From positions 13,702,001-13,766,000 of the forward strand of contig OZ024759.1 of NCBI GenBank assembly GCA_964016885.1: a stretch of 64,000 bases of DNA. Reading direction: 5' to 3'. The notes beneath the pieces were generated by a model. It ran no database searches. It saw only the letters and a program-made list of their open reading frames with translations, and was not told where the DNA came from. A program made the translations under genes and the position numbers. This document shows positions 1 through 14,170 of the stretch, piece after piece. Positions within the stretch are counted from its first letter, which is position 1, and each line of letters starts with the position of its first letter. Source of the stretch: Eledone cirrhosa. Taxonomy: Eukaryota.

Positions 1-560
1 TACAGATAGTTAGGTTATTTGCATCACAGAATTCCAGGATTCTGGAGCCTTCCTCATTTCTAGTACCAAACCCATAGCCTCCATGGATTTCGTCGTAGCC
101 ATCACAATGTTGTCCAACGTGACCATTTAGGTCGCCTGCAATAATTATATAGTCACTGTCAGATATTTGGGAGGTAGTTAGCAACAGTGTCTCATAGAAT
201 CTGTCTTTTATAGTGCCGGGCAGTCCGGATTGGGGTGCGTACGCAGATATTACTGTCACCGTAGTTCTATTGAGGACAAGTCTTATTTTAATTATTCTGT
301 CGTTCACTCTATTTACGTCTATTATCTTATCTGCCCACTTTTCTGCTACCATGATTCCTACTCCACCCAGCCCATCGTCGTTTCCCACCCAGAAAAGCTT
401 ATAACATCGTTTTTTACCCTCAATGAATCTAGCAGACCCACCCCTCCACCTGGTCTCTTGAATACAACAAACATCGACCTCCTTACGTTCAAGCATTTCT
501 ACAACCTCGTTAGCGCGACCCTTTAGGGTGCCTACATTTATGGTACCAACTCTGAAGTTT
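1..560 (-). mobile_element. RTE-type LINE, N-terminal APE endonuclease region (runs off window start)
   Basis: Minus-strand translation reads VGTINVGTLKGRANEVVEMLERKEVDVCCIQETRW...ISAYAPQ...IIIAGDLNGHVG...GFGTRNEEGSRILEFC, typical EEP/APE endonuclease motifs of RTE-clade LINEs. Not in the ORF track because it lacks a stop inside the window. Confidence 0.85.
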
Positions 561-1269
561 TGGGTTGCGTTTGGAGGGTGGGGGTGGTGGGGGCGGGGGG
601 AGATAGTGTTACGTTAGCCATCCGCGGACGAAACAAAGAGGAGTGCTCGCATTCTCGTCCACGAGGTGAATTTGACTTTAACTTTGGCATTTTCGCTCTG
701 AGCGTCCAGATTTTTCTCTCCCTTCCACTCTCCAGGATTCCGCAGTCCGTCCATCCATCCATCCATCCATCATATATCAAAGGCAACCGGGCAAGCGATA
801 GTATAGGCCTCTGGCTTATGATTGGTCCGCGTAATAATAATAATGGTGATGCGTGGGGGTGGGGGGGCTCTGGCTTATAATAATAATGGTGATGCGTGGG
901 GGGGGGGGGGGGCTCTGGCTTATGATTGGTCCACGTATTAAGTATGGTGGTGTGTGGGGGCGGGTGGGAGGGGTGTGGGGTAGCTAGCTGGAAGGTTATG
1001 AATGTTTAACAAGCGATTTAACAAAAAGCAAAACTGCAAGATTTGTTCTGTTTCAATACGACAAAAACACCGTATTTAAACCTTAAATAGATAACAAAAA
1101 ATACAGATTTCGGATTTTGCGAGATTGGATGTTTGGACTATGTACGAAATTGAGCGTGGAATAGATGGAGAAAAATTTGTACTTTACGATTTACATGAGT
1201 ACACCGTAGTAGGAATAATTGAAGCAGCGGTGGATTGGCGAAAGTGAATAAACATGAAGGAGAACTTAT

Positions 1270-1354
<85 letters not shown>

Positions 1355-1666
1355 CTAAGAGAAAGAGAGAGGGGAAGAAAGAGAGAGGGGAAGAAAGAGA
1401 GGGGGAAGGGGGAGAGAGATTGTGGCTGACCGCAGCCCCTCGTGGAGTAGCTGGAGGGTGAAGGGGTAGAGCGGATTTTTTGACTTTCAAGTAGCATAAT
1501 ATATATATTTAAAGTAATTTATAAGAAGTAGAATGGGAAGGATTTTGTTTTTTGTTTGAGAATACGATAGAATTAAGGAATTGGACGATACGATAGAATT
1601 AAGAATGGGAAGGATATATATATATATGTATATATATATATATGTATATATATATGTATATATATG

Positions 1667-1733
<67 letters not shown>

Positions 1734-1766
1734 GTATATATATATGTATATATATATATATGTATA

Positions 1767-1825
<59 letters not shown>

Positions 1826-1830
1826 GTATA
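1270..1830. repeat. (TA)n, (TG)n, GA-rich and (TATG/TA)n microsatellites
   Basis: Direct inspection. Confidence 0.9.
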
Positions 1831-2124
1831 TCATCAATCATCATCATCATTTTACGTCCGCTTGCAAGGGTGGGACGGGAACTGATTCTGGCTTGATTTT
1901 CATAGCTGGATGCCCTTCCCAACACTAACCTCATTTACAGTGAGTGCTGGGTGCTTTTTTTTTTCGTGGCACTTCCACGACCACTTTGCAGTGGAATGAT
2001 AGGGACCTCAGTCCCTATCATCTCATTACTACAGCTGAGTAAACTGGAGCAATGTGAAATAAAGTGTCTTGCTCAAGGAAACAACACATCACCTGGTCTG
2101 AGAATTGAACGCAAGGCCAATGCT
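1831..2124 (-). mobile_element. tRNA-derived SINE, family A (head partly deleted)
   Basis: Reverse complement of the element at 4209-4553, with (CAT)n tail. Confidence 0.85.
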
Positions 2125-2489
2125 CTATATATATATCAAAGGTATATAATGCGTTAGAAACTCAAAATAGTCTCTTGCAATTAAATAGCCCAAGGAAAAA
2201 GATTTTTCAGGGCCGTGTAATATAATTGAATATAAAAGAAAGATAAACATAGAAATATACATATATGTGTTCAAATCGTAAGGGACCAGATTCGCTAGGG
2301 TGAAAAAAATACTAACTATGAACAATAGGGTTTGCCTGACTCAATTTAAAAGAATAAATCGAGAAAAATATTACAGTGAGTCTGGCAAACCATATTATTC
2401 ATAGATGTTGTAAATTTCTATATATACTCTATACATTGTTACATTTGGAAACTAAATACTACTATAATTCTCTCTCTCACTCTCTCTCT

Positions 2490-2850
2490 TGATAGATAGA
2501 TTTCTTTATTAGCCACAAGGGCGCAACAAGAAAGGGGACAATACAAAGACATGCCGGGGATTTTACATACAGTCGTGTAAAAAATATAAAAACAAACAAT
2601 TTCAACAATCGAAATCCCCAATAGGGGGGAGGCGCCACAAATGGGTTGTTTAATACCCCGTCGATAGAACAACCCTCAACTCAAGGAGCGTGTTGTGCAA
2701 GTGCTCCTTTCTTCCTTTTGCTCTCTTCCTCAACCTACAGGCTTATAAACAGAGAAGGCCCAATCACTCGGGCCATTTTTGCTTCATTCACCCACCTTTC
2801 AGTAAATTTACTGGGGTGCAGTGCCTCTCTCTTGATCGATAGATAGATAG
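2490..2850 (-). mobile_element. Probable 3' end of a non-LTR retrotransposon
   Basis: Minus strand gives a short C-terminal ORF piece (REALHPSKFTERWVNEAK...*), then a UTR ending aataaagaaa(tcta)n. Family not certain. Confidence 0.4.
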
Positions 2851-3144
2851 ATATGTTAAAAGGACTGTTACGTTTTTCATGCTAGTTTTATTTCCTCCCT
2901 AAGTGACATTTTTTTTATAATTGGTTTTATACATTCTGAAGATGAGGTCAGATCATGATTCACTCTTAATAATACATAGATCTATGGATTCATATATTGA
3001 CAGGTTTCACCTTTATGGATTAAATTGTCATTTTGTTCTCTGAAACAATTGTAAACAAATAAACACTTTTTCAAGAATTTTGGGTGTATTTTCTCCTACT
3101 ATAATTTTGATATATATATGTGTGTGTGTGTGATGTGTGCGTGA

Positions 3145-3179
<35 letters not shown>

Positions 3180-3471
3180 CATAAATCATGTCCTTAGAAT
3201 TATTAGATAAAATATATACCATTTCCTCTCCCAATTAGCATAATTAACCATATCAAAATCAATTAGACCAAGCTATAAGAATAAAGGCTCTTCTGAAGAA
3301 ATTTCTGACAACATATATATCTATGACTTTATGTATATGTAAACCTTTCATCATCATCATCATCATCATCATCATTTTATATATATATATGTATATATGT
3401 ATACACACATATTCTTAAAGTAAATATGTTGACTAAACAGGGTTGTGTACGAAGGACACGAATCGGTAAAT

Positions 3472-3625
3472 AATTGTTTCTACTTTTTGGCACACGGTCA
3501 GCAATCATCCCAGTGCATTACTGGTACTTTATTTTATCGACTCCGTGAGTATGAAAGGCAAAGTTAACCTACGCGGGATTTGAACTCAGATTGTAAAGGC
3601 CCGTAACTCCATGCTGCAAACCATG
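3472..3625 (-). mobile_element. SINE family B (Meta-domain-like)
   Basis: Reverse complement of gagttcaaatcccg...ctttgcctttcat...gtcgataaaataaagtaccagt, which recurs many times in the window. Confidence 0.8.
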
Positions 3626-3802
3626 TAATTCAATTGAAGCACTCAACATCATGTTTTTTCTTCCAAATATAATTTGTCAGTCAGTGATGGAGTATATGTA
3701 GAATAAGGAAAATGCAATGTTCCATGTAGATGTTAAAGAGTCCTTAACTGTATGTATATATATACACACACACACACACCAATTTAATATATATATATAT
3801 AT

Positions 3803-3898
3803 ATATTCTCTTTTTTCTGTGATATCATACTCTGTTGTACGAGCGCATTGAGTGCTCATACGGCCTACCGCATACGGACACTTTAAGCATCCAACACC

Positions 3899-3936
<38 letters not shown>

Positions 3937-4182
3937 TCATTTAATGTCCTATATATATATATATATATGCTTAAAGCGTCCGTATGCGGTAGGCCGTATG
4001 AGCACTCAATGCCCTCGTACAGCAGAGTATGATATCACAGAAAAAAGAGAATCAGTGTTGCAACGAAAGGAATTTATTGGACATATTACAATTGTATCTC
4101 GAGCTGGTCACCTGAGATACAATTGTAATATGTCCAATAAATTCCTTTCGTTGCAATACTGATTCTCTTTTTTCTGTGATAT
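3803..4182. repeat. Nested fold-back (inverted) repeat
   Basis: 3803-3890 is the reverse complement of 3967-4052, and 4031-4100 is the reverse complement of 4112-4182. Confidence 0.85.
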
Positions 4183-4208
4183 ATATATATATGTATATAT
4201 ATATATAT

Positions 4209-4553
4209 GGAGGCACATGGCTCAGTGGTTAGAGCATTGGCCTTGCAATCGAAAGGTTGTGAGTTCAATTCTCAGACCGGGCGATGTGTTGTTTCCTTGA
4301 GCAAGGCACTTTATTTCACATTGCTCCAGTTTACTCAGCTGTAGAAATGAGATGATAGGGACTGGGGTCCCTATCAATCCACTGCAAAGTGGTCGTGGAG
4401 GTGCCACGGCAAAAAAGCACCCAGCACTCACTGTAAATGAGGTTGGTGTTAGAAAGGGCATCCAGCTGTAGAAATCAAGCCAGAATCAGTTCCCGTCCCA
4501 CCCTTGCAAGCAGGGAAAAGTGGACGTAAAATGAAATGATGATGATGAAATGA
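4209..4553 (+). mobile_element. tRNA-derived SINE, family A (CORE-like body), full length
   Basis: A-box TGGCTCAGTGG, B-box GAGTTCAATTC, CORE-like ccttgagcaaggcacttt...cagtttactcagctgtagaaatg, tail ...gggcatccagctgtagaaa...(ATG)n. Several near-identical copies in the window. Confidence 0.9.
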
Positions 4554-4635
4554 TATATATATATTTAATTTAAATTGGTGTAATGTTTTACCTCAGAAAC
4601 ATTATAATAATAACAGGGAATATAAGTGCATAGAA

Positions 4636-6340
4636 CTGTCTAATGTGGTGCCCCAGCATGGCCACAGTCTAATGACTGAAACCAGTAAAAGAATGTGGTA
4701 CTCCAGCATGGCCACTGTCTCATGTCTGAAACCAATGAAAGAATGTGGTGCCCCAGCATGGCCACAGTCTAATGGCTGAAACCAATGAAAGAATGTGGTG
4801 CTCCAGCATGGTCACAGTCTCATGTCTGAAACCAGTGAAAGAATATGGTGCCCCAGCATGGCCACAGTCTAATGGCTGAAACCAATGAAAGAATGTGGTA
4901 CTCCAGCATGGCCACAATCTCATGTCTGAAACCAGTGAAAGAATGTCGTGCCCCAGCATGGCCACAGGCTATCTAATGGCTGAAACCAATGAAAGAATGT
5001 GGTGCCCCAGCATGGCCACAGTCTCATGTCTGAAACCAGTGAAAGAATGCCATGCCCCAGCATGGCCACAGTCTATCTAATGGCTGAAACCAATGAAAGA
5101 TTGTGGTGCCCCAGCAAGGCCACAGTCTCATGTCTGAAACCAGTGAAAGAATATGGTGCCCCAGCATGGCCACAGTCTAATGGCTGAAACCAATGAAAGA
5201 ATATGGTGCCCCAGCATGGCCACAGTCTAATGGCTGAAACCAATGAAAGAATATGGTGCCCCAGCATGGCCACAGTCTAATGGCTGAAACCAATGAAAGA
5301 ATGTGGTGCCCCAGCATGGCCACAGTCTAATGGCTGAAACCAATGAAAGAATATGGTGCCCCAGCATGGCCACAATCTAATGTCTGAAACCAATGAAAGA
5401 ATGTGGTGCTCCAGCATGGCCACAATCTCATGTCTGAAACCAGTGAAAGAATGCCATGCCCCAGCATGGCCACAGTCTATCTAATGGCTGAAACCAATGA
5501 AAGATTGTGGTGCCCCAGCAAGGCCACAGTCTCATGTCTGAAACCAGTGAAAGAATATGGTGCCCCAGCATGGCCACAGTCTAATGGCTGAAACCAATGA
5601 AAGAATATGGTGCCCCAGCATGGCCACAGTCTAATGGCTGAAACCAATGAAAGAATATGGTGCCCCAGCATGGCCACAGTCTAATGGCTGAAACCAATGA
5701 AAGAATGTGGTGCTCCAGCATGGCCACAGTCTCATGTCTGAAACCAGTGAAAGAATGTCGTGCCCCAGCATGGCCACAGTCTAATGGCTGAAACCAATGA
5801 AAGAATGTGGTACTCCAGCATGGCCACAATCCCATGTCTGAAACCAGTGAAAGAATGTCGTGCCCCAGCATGGCCACAGGCTATCTAATGGCTGAAACCA
5901 ATGAAAGAATGTGGTGCTCCAGCATGGCCACAGTCTCATGTCTGAAACCAGTGAAAGAATGTCGTGCCCCAGCATGGCCACAGGCTATCTAATGGCTGAA
6001 ACCAATGAAAGAATGTGGTGCCCCAGCATGGCCACAGTCTCATGTCTGAAACCAGTAAAAGAATGTGGTGCTCCAGCATGGCCACAGTCTCATGTCTGAA
6101 ACCAGTGAAAGAATGTCGTGCCCCAGCATGGCCACAGTCTATCTAATGGCTGAAACCAATGAAAGAATGTGGTGCCCCAGCATGGCCACAGTCTCATGTC
6201 TGAAACCAGCAAAAGAATGTGGTGCCCCAGCATGGCCACAGTCTCATGTCTGAAACCAGTAAAAGAATGTGGTGCTCCAGCATGGCCACAGTCTCATGTC
6301 TGAAACCAGTAAAAGAATGTGGTGCTCCAGCATGGCCACA
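4636..6340 (+). repeat. 50-bp minisatellite, ~33-34 copies
   Basis: Unit ctaatggctgaaaccaatgaaagaatgtggtgccccagcatggccacagt with two alternating variants and occasional 4-bp (ctat) insertions. Confidence 0.95.
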
Positions 6341-6460
6341 ATAATTAATGAATCCTTCAAAATAATTAATCCTAGTTTTATTTTTCTCTTTTCTTTTTCC
6401 TTTCTTTTACATGATTATTCTTTCTCTTTTTGGCTGAAGAATCTAACAAAAACCAGAAAT

Positions 6461-6681
6461 ATGATTAAAGGGAAAATAAATTCATCGTTTAACACTGACG
6501 ATGAAAACGGATTGAAAGATTGGACATCCGGGAGAAGCTGGGCCCTGAAAGGAGATAAATATGGCAGTAGAAGTAAGCTGAACGGTCCTATTGATCAAGG
6601 TTTTCTAAGAGAATCTTACTTCCAAAACTATTCGGGTAATCAATTACTGAATATGATGAAGGAAAAATCCATAGAAACAGA
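6461..6681 (+). CDS. CHS: Chitin synthase, first recognisable coding exon (MIKGKINSSF...KSIETE)
   Basis: Polypyrimidine tract upstream, ATG at 6461, strong donor GA|gtaagt. Its phase 2 joins the next exon to give GAA. No homology motif, so support is splice-phase only. Confidence 0.7.
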
Positions 6682-6769
6682 GTAAGTAAATCTCCTTTAC
6701 CTTCTAAAACCTGAGATATCATAGAGTAGGGGTGACCCTCTAGCCTTCATAAGTACCTGACAAGCTCCT

Positions 6770-7552
6770 TAGTCCTGGTGCCACAATAAAATACATCCAG
6801 AACATTCTGTAGAGTGGTAGTCCTGGTACCATGGTAAAATGAACCCAGTACACTCTGTAAAGTGTTAGTTCTAATGCCATGTTAATATACACCCAGCACA
6901 CTCTGTAAAGTGGTAGACCTGGTACCATGGTAAAATGTACCCAGTCCACTCTGTACAGTGTTAGTTATGGTGCCATGTTAATATGCACCCAATACACTCT
7001 GTAAAGTGTTAGTTCTAGTGCCATGTTAATATGCACCCAGTACACTCTGTAAAGTGGTAGTCCTGGTACCATGATAAAATGTACCCAGTACACTCAGTAA
7101 AGTGGTAGTTATGGTGCCATGTTAATATGCACCCAGTACACTCTGTAAAGTGGTAGTTCTGGTACCATGATAAAATGTACCCAGTACACTCAGTAAAGTG
7201 GTAGTTATGGTGCCATGTTAATATGCACCCAGTACACTCTGTAAAGTGGTAGTCCTGGTACCATGATAAAATGTACCCAGTACACTCAGTAAAGTGGTAG
7301 TTATGGTGCCATGTTAATATGCACCCAGTACACTCTGTAAAGTGGTAGTTCTGGTACCATGATAAAATGTACCCAGTACACTCTGTAAAGTGGTAGTTAT
7401 GGTGCCATGTTAATATGCACCCAGTACACTCTGTAAAGTGGTAGTTCTGGTACCATGATAAAATGTACCCAGTACACTCTGTAAAGTGGTAGTTATGGTG
7501 CCATGTTAATATGCACCCAGTACACTCTGTAAAGTGGTAGTTCTGGTGCCAT
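6770..7552 (+). repeat. 48-bp minisatellite with 96-bp dimeric higher-order unit, ~16 copies
   Basis: Alternating acccagtacactctgtaaagtggtagtcctggtaccatgataaaatgt and acccagtacactcagtaaagtggtagttatggtgccatgttaatatgc. Confidence 0.95.
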
Positions 7553-8494
7553 GCATGGTACACATATAGTTATGATCATTTATGTTCTGAATTCAAATCC
7601 TGCCAATTTAGCTTTGCTATTCATCCTTACGGCATCGATAAAATAAAGTACCAGTAATACACTAGGGAAGATTTAATCAACTTTCCCCTCCCCAAAATTG
7701 CTGGCCTTGGGCCTAAATCAGAAACCATTATTATTAATACTATTCTTATTATTATATATTTATTTATAATTGGAGGAATTGTTTTAAAAGTCCAATGACT
7801 TTTACACTATCTAATATGGTTGTGTGCATTCTGAGCTCAAGTCCCAGAGACTCCTTCTGCCAGGAAGTTCTTTTTACTTCTCCTCTTCTATTACAGTCGT
7901 GTAGTTCGAATGTCTCAGAAAAAAATTGCCAGGCAGATTTTGCTACAAAGTCAACAGGCAGGAGGCCCATGGGTAGACCCCGAGCAACATGGTTGGATAA
8001 CATCATGTTTTTTTTTAAATTATCATTTACAATTCCATGATGAACTATTTAACTCTTTAGCATTAAACTGGCTGTAACCAGCCACTCATACTGATGTATG
8101 AGGTATTGTTCTCAAAATAAATAATATCAAAATCTGATAGATTCGATATTATGTGAGATAATTATGTGGTATAAAGCTTTTTCCGTGAAAATACAATCTT
8201 TATATAAAAACGAAAATGATTGTTTATCTGTATGTATGCAAGCGATGTATTTCCACAGTTTACATCCGATATTGTTAAAATTTGATACATAGGTTCATTA
8301 GCTCATGGAGCATGTCAACATTTAGTTTAAATCTTGCTCTCCCCTAAAATAACAGAGTTCTGGGGTTATGTAAAGACAGCTATGTTCAGGAGTGAGGGGG
8401 TCTTTATTTACAGTGGCAAAGAAGGTATTCCCGGCAACGACAAGCTCTTTTGCTAAAGGGTTAAGCATGTTTTTTTGTCTCAAATATATTTCAG

Positions 8495-8924
8495 AAAATA
8501 TGGAAAACAGTCGATGTGGGATGTGTTTGAGTATAACACTCAGAAGAAAGAAGACATTGGAAACATGTCACAATTGATCACAGCCAAGAAAGTCCTCAAG
8601 ATTATTGTGAGCATTGTAATGCTGCTGGCAGTCATTACATTAATGCTCATCAGTAAGAGTTGCCTTTTCCTTATCACCTCCAACATCTATGAGGCCATCC
8701 AAATCAGTTGCAATACCAAGCCTGGTAACCAGTTGAACTGTTGGAGGGTCTCGCCTTCTTTTGACAACAAAACCACTCTACAACTCTCTACAGGAACACA
8801 AGTAAAATGGATATGGTCCCTTGTCATTGTAGTGTGTACCCCTTATATAATGATATCACTTCGCTGTTTGTGGAGAGTGTGTTTCAAGAAGAACGAAAAG
8901 CCCAAAATTACGGTCTTTTTCATT
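8495..8924 (+). CDS. CHS: Chitin synthase exon (WDVF motif and first TM helices)
   Basis: tttcag acceptor, ATT|gtaagt donor. Translation KYGKQSMWDVFE...KVLKIIVSIVMLLAVITLMLISKSCLFLITS...WIWSL...RCLWRVCFKK matches the N-terminus of animal chitin synthases. Confidence 0.88.
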
Positions 8925-8979
8925 GTAAGTTATCCCATACAATTACTGCATATACTCTAATATAAGCTGATTTGAATAT

Positions 8980-9281
8980 TAGCATGCCTGTGTGAGGTGC
9001 GCGATGCTGCATGGTAGTGAGACATGAGCAGCAACTGCAGAGGATATGCGACGGCTGGAGAGAAATGAGGCAAGCATGCTCCGTTGGATGTGCAATGTCA
9101 ATGGACGTGAACGACCAAGCATGGTTGCGTTAAGAGAGAAACTATGTCTGAGGGGGGGTAAATTGTAGTGTGCGGGAGAGAAGATTGCATTGGTATGGAC
9201 ATGTGATGCACATGGAGGATGACCGATGGGTGAAGAAATGCCAAGAAATGCCAGTTGAAGGAAGATGTAGTAGAGGAAGAC

Positions 9282-9285
<4 letters not shown>
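8980..9285 (+). mobile_element. RTE LINE 3' fragment (decayed)
   Basis: [16 protein letters not shown]...[15 protein letters not shown]...[12 protein letters not shown] motifs. Confidence 0.85.
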
Positions 9286-9312
<27 letters not shown>

Positions 9313-9360
9313 ATGTATATATATGCATATACATATATATACATATGTATATATATATGC

Positions 9361-9414
<54 letters not shown>

Positions 9415-9420
<6 letters not shown>

Positions 9421-9889
9421 GGAATTGGTGCTCTGAAATAGCGATATATATATGAATGTATATATAGTGTATTTTGCAATACACTATATGCTTAATTAAA
9501 AGCATTTCGAAGATCTTACACTACTCCTCGTTTTGATGAAAATTTAAAGTAAGTGAGACTGTCACTACTCTTAAACAATAGTGTAATACATTCATAAATA
9601 TATCGCTATTTCAGAGCACCAATTCTAATTTTCAATTTCTGCTTGACCGGCAACCGCTCTGTATAATCAGTTCCTGATTATTACTAGAATTCTATAAGAA
9701 TCAAACATTCATGATTTTCAGCAAACAGGTGGAGTACTTAGCTTTGATAAGTACCAAAAAGTACGAAACAGAGCTCTGTCAGCTTTATCTCCCCTGTTTG
9801 CTGAAAATTTAAAGTAAGTGTCACTACTCTAAAACAATAGCGTAAGGTCTTCGAAATGCTTTTAATTAACCATACAGTGTATTGCAAAA

Positions 9890-9910
<21 letters not shown>
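9415..9910 (+). mobile_element. Diverged relative of the 311-bp HHR repeat, with inverted partial copy at its 5' side
   Basis: Shares tatatcgctatttcagagca, gaccggcaaccgctct, cagttcctg and aggtcttc.aaatg with the 36965-39780 monomer. Degenerate HHR at 9740-9784. Confidence 0.85.
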
Positions 9911-11779
<1,869 letters not shown>

Positions 11780-11780
<1 letters not shown>

Positions 11781-13125
11781 TGGCCTTCAGGCTATAACAG
11801 AGGAGTACAACCGGCTGCCCATGGGAACTCCTATACGCAGATGATCTAACGCTCATAGCTGAATCAATGGCCGAGCTAGAGAAGAAATTCCAAACATGGA
11901 AGCACGGCCTAGAATCAAAAGGCCTTAAAATTAACCTGGCTAAGACTAAAGTTCTAGTTTGTAGGAAAGAAAATAAGGCGCCGGTCCCATCCGGGAAATG
12001 GCCATGCTCAGTGTGTAGGAAAGGCATAGGTAGAAACTCCATTTTATGTCCCAAATGCAAAGTATGGGTGCATAAAAGATGTAGTGGGATCACAGGTAAG
12101 CTAACTAAGAACATAGATTTTATATGTGGCCGGTGCTCTGGTGCAATAAGTAGCAGCAAGTGCCCACAGAATACTAGCTCATTCCATTGCACAGATATAG
12201 AAGTAGTGGACAGCTTCCGTTACCTGGGTGACAAAATCAGCAGTGGGGGAGGGTGCTCGAGTCAGAACTGGATGGAAAAAGTTCAGAGAGCTTATACCAC
12301 TATTAGCCACTAAAGTGTTCTCCCTAAAAATGAAACACAGGCTGTATGATGCCTGCATACGAACAGCAATGTTGCATGGCAGTGAGACCTGGGCATTGTG
12401 TGCAGAGGATATACGCAGACTGGAGAGGAACGAAGCTTGCATGCTCCGCTGGATGTGTAATAGTAATATACGTGAACGGCAAAGCATAAATGAACTAAGG
12501 GAAAAATTAGAAATAAGGGATCAGATGTTGTTTACTCGAGAGAAGACTATCTTGGTCATGTGATGCGCATGTATAAAAAAGTGCAGGGCAATAAAAATAG
12601 ACGGTAGCCACGGAGTAGGCAGACCCAGATAAACCTGGGACGACTTGATAAATTCCGACCTCACACACTTACAAGACAATGTCATTGGACCGAGATCTTT
12701 GGCGCTACACAGTAATAGAGAAGACCCGCCTTACTTAAGTACAAAATGAAACCTACTACAGTCAGTAGGCACCTCTAACAAAATACACCCCGTCCCACTA
12801 CCCCCACCCCATCCACACCACCCCTTTCAATGTAAAGTTATGTTGGTACCACAACATCCAGCCCGAAACAAATGAGATCGTGTAGGTGTCACGACAAAAA
12901 AACACACAGTCCACGCTGTAATGTGGCCATGTAGGTAACATGGTAAAAACCTCCCAGTCCACACTGTAAACGTGGTTGGTGTTAGGAAGGGCATCCAGCC
13001 GTAGAAAACCCGCCAGACAGTCCTATGCGAGCAAGACAACCACTCTTGCCTCAAGTGGGAAAACTCCCGTCCAAACCCATGCAAGCGTGGAATATGGACG
13101 TTAAATGATGATGATGATGATGATA
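11780..13125 (+). mobile_element. 5'-truncated RTE LINE (RT C-terminus, Cys-rich insert, 3' UTR with (ATG)n tail)
   Basis: [10 protein letters not shown]...[11 protein letters not shown]...CSVC..CPKC..WVHKRC...FRYLGD...MLHGSETW; frameshifted. Confidence 0.9.
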
Positions 13126-13166
13126 TATATATATATATATCATTATCTATAAAAGGCAGTGTTCTC

Positions 13167-13356
13167 GGGCGGTGGATTGGCAGTATCGGTAGAGGATCGG
13201 ACGCCATGCTTTCCAGCATAGTTACGTCCCTTTACGATCTGAGTTCAAATCCCGCCGAGGTTAACTTTGCCTTTCATCCTTACGGGGTCGATAAAATAAA
13301 GTACCAGTAATGCACTGGGTAATTGCTGGCCTTGTGCCTAAAGTAGAAACAATTAT
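13167..13356 (+). mobile_element. SINE family B
   Basis: gggcggtggattggcagtatcggtagag...gagttcaaatccc...ctttcatccttacggggtcgataaaataaagtaccag. Confidence 0.85.
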
Positions 13357-13371
13357 CTATAAAAGGCAGAT

Positions 13372-13786
13372 TTTTGTCATCTCCACCGTGAGCTTCAATG
13401 ATCTGAGGTCTGTTCTCACCACCTCCGCCCATGTTTTTCGTGGTCTACCTCTACCACGTCTTCCTTCAACTGGCAATTACTGGCACTTCTTCACCCATCG
13501 GTCATCCTCCATGCGCAACACATGTCCATACCACCTCAGTCTCCTCTCCCGTACACTACATTCTATCCCTCTCAGACACAGTTTCTCTCTCAACAAATGT
13601 TTGCTCGGTCGTTCACGCACATTTACACTGCACATCCAATGGAGCATGCTTGCCTCATTTCTCTCCAGCCGTCGCATGTCCTCTGCAGTTGCTGCCCATG
13701 TCTCACTACCATGCAGCATCGTGCTCCTCACACAGGCATCATACAACCGGCCTTTCGTACGCAGGGAGAAACCCTTCTTCGTCAAC

Positions 13787-13788
<2 letters not shown>
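13372..13788 (-). mobile_element. RTE LINE 3' fragment
   Basis: ORF 13477-13860(-): KGRLYDACVRSTMLHGSETW...[14 protein letters not shown]. Confidence 0.85.
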
Positions 13789-13830
<42 letters not shown>

Positions 13831-14170
13831 GTATTCCTGCCAACCCATACATAAAATCATTAATGTTGAGTAATAACAGAATATGATCGCAAATACAAGT
13901 GGCCGAAATGGGGTTCCTCTAAGGGGTCTTTTCTAGTAATGTTAATCGATTGAATGTGGAGCTTAGAGATCAGAGAGTCATTCCAGCTAGAGCTGCTACT
14001 TCTCCAAATTGAGAGATCACAGCTCTGGTAATATGGGCATATGGTTAGAATGTCTTATGAAAGAATTGCTGGACAGATTTTATGGGCAACACCAACGAAC
14101 AGGAAGCACAGGGCTAGACCCTGAGCAAGATATATGAATGTATGTTTAATTTTTTTTATTTATTTTTCAG

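Noticed and set aside
4209-4280. tRNA genes at SINE heads
   Set aside because: A and B boxes are present but continue into a SINE body and tail in multiple dispersed copies; no complete cloverleaf seen.
4636-6340. CRISPR-like array or repetitive protein-coding region (also 7015-7563, 24825-25391, 25551-26116)
   Set aside because: Pure minisatellites without spacers; ORFs arise from unit periodicity and lie upstream of or within CHS introns.
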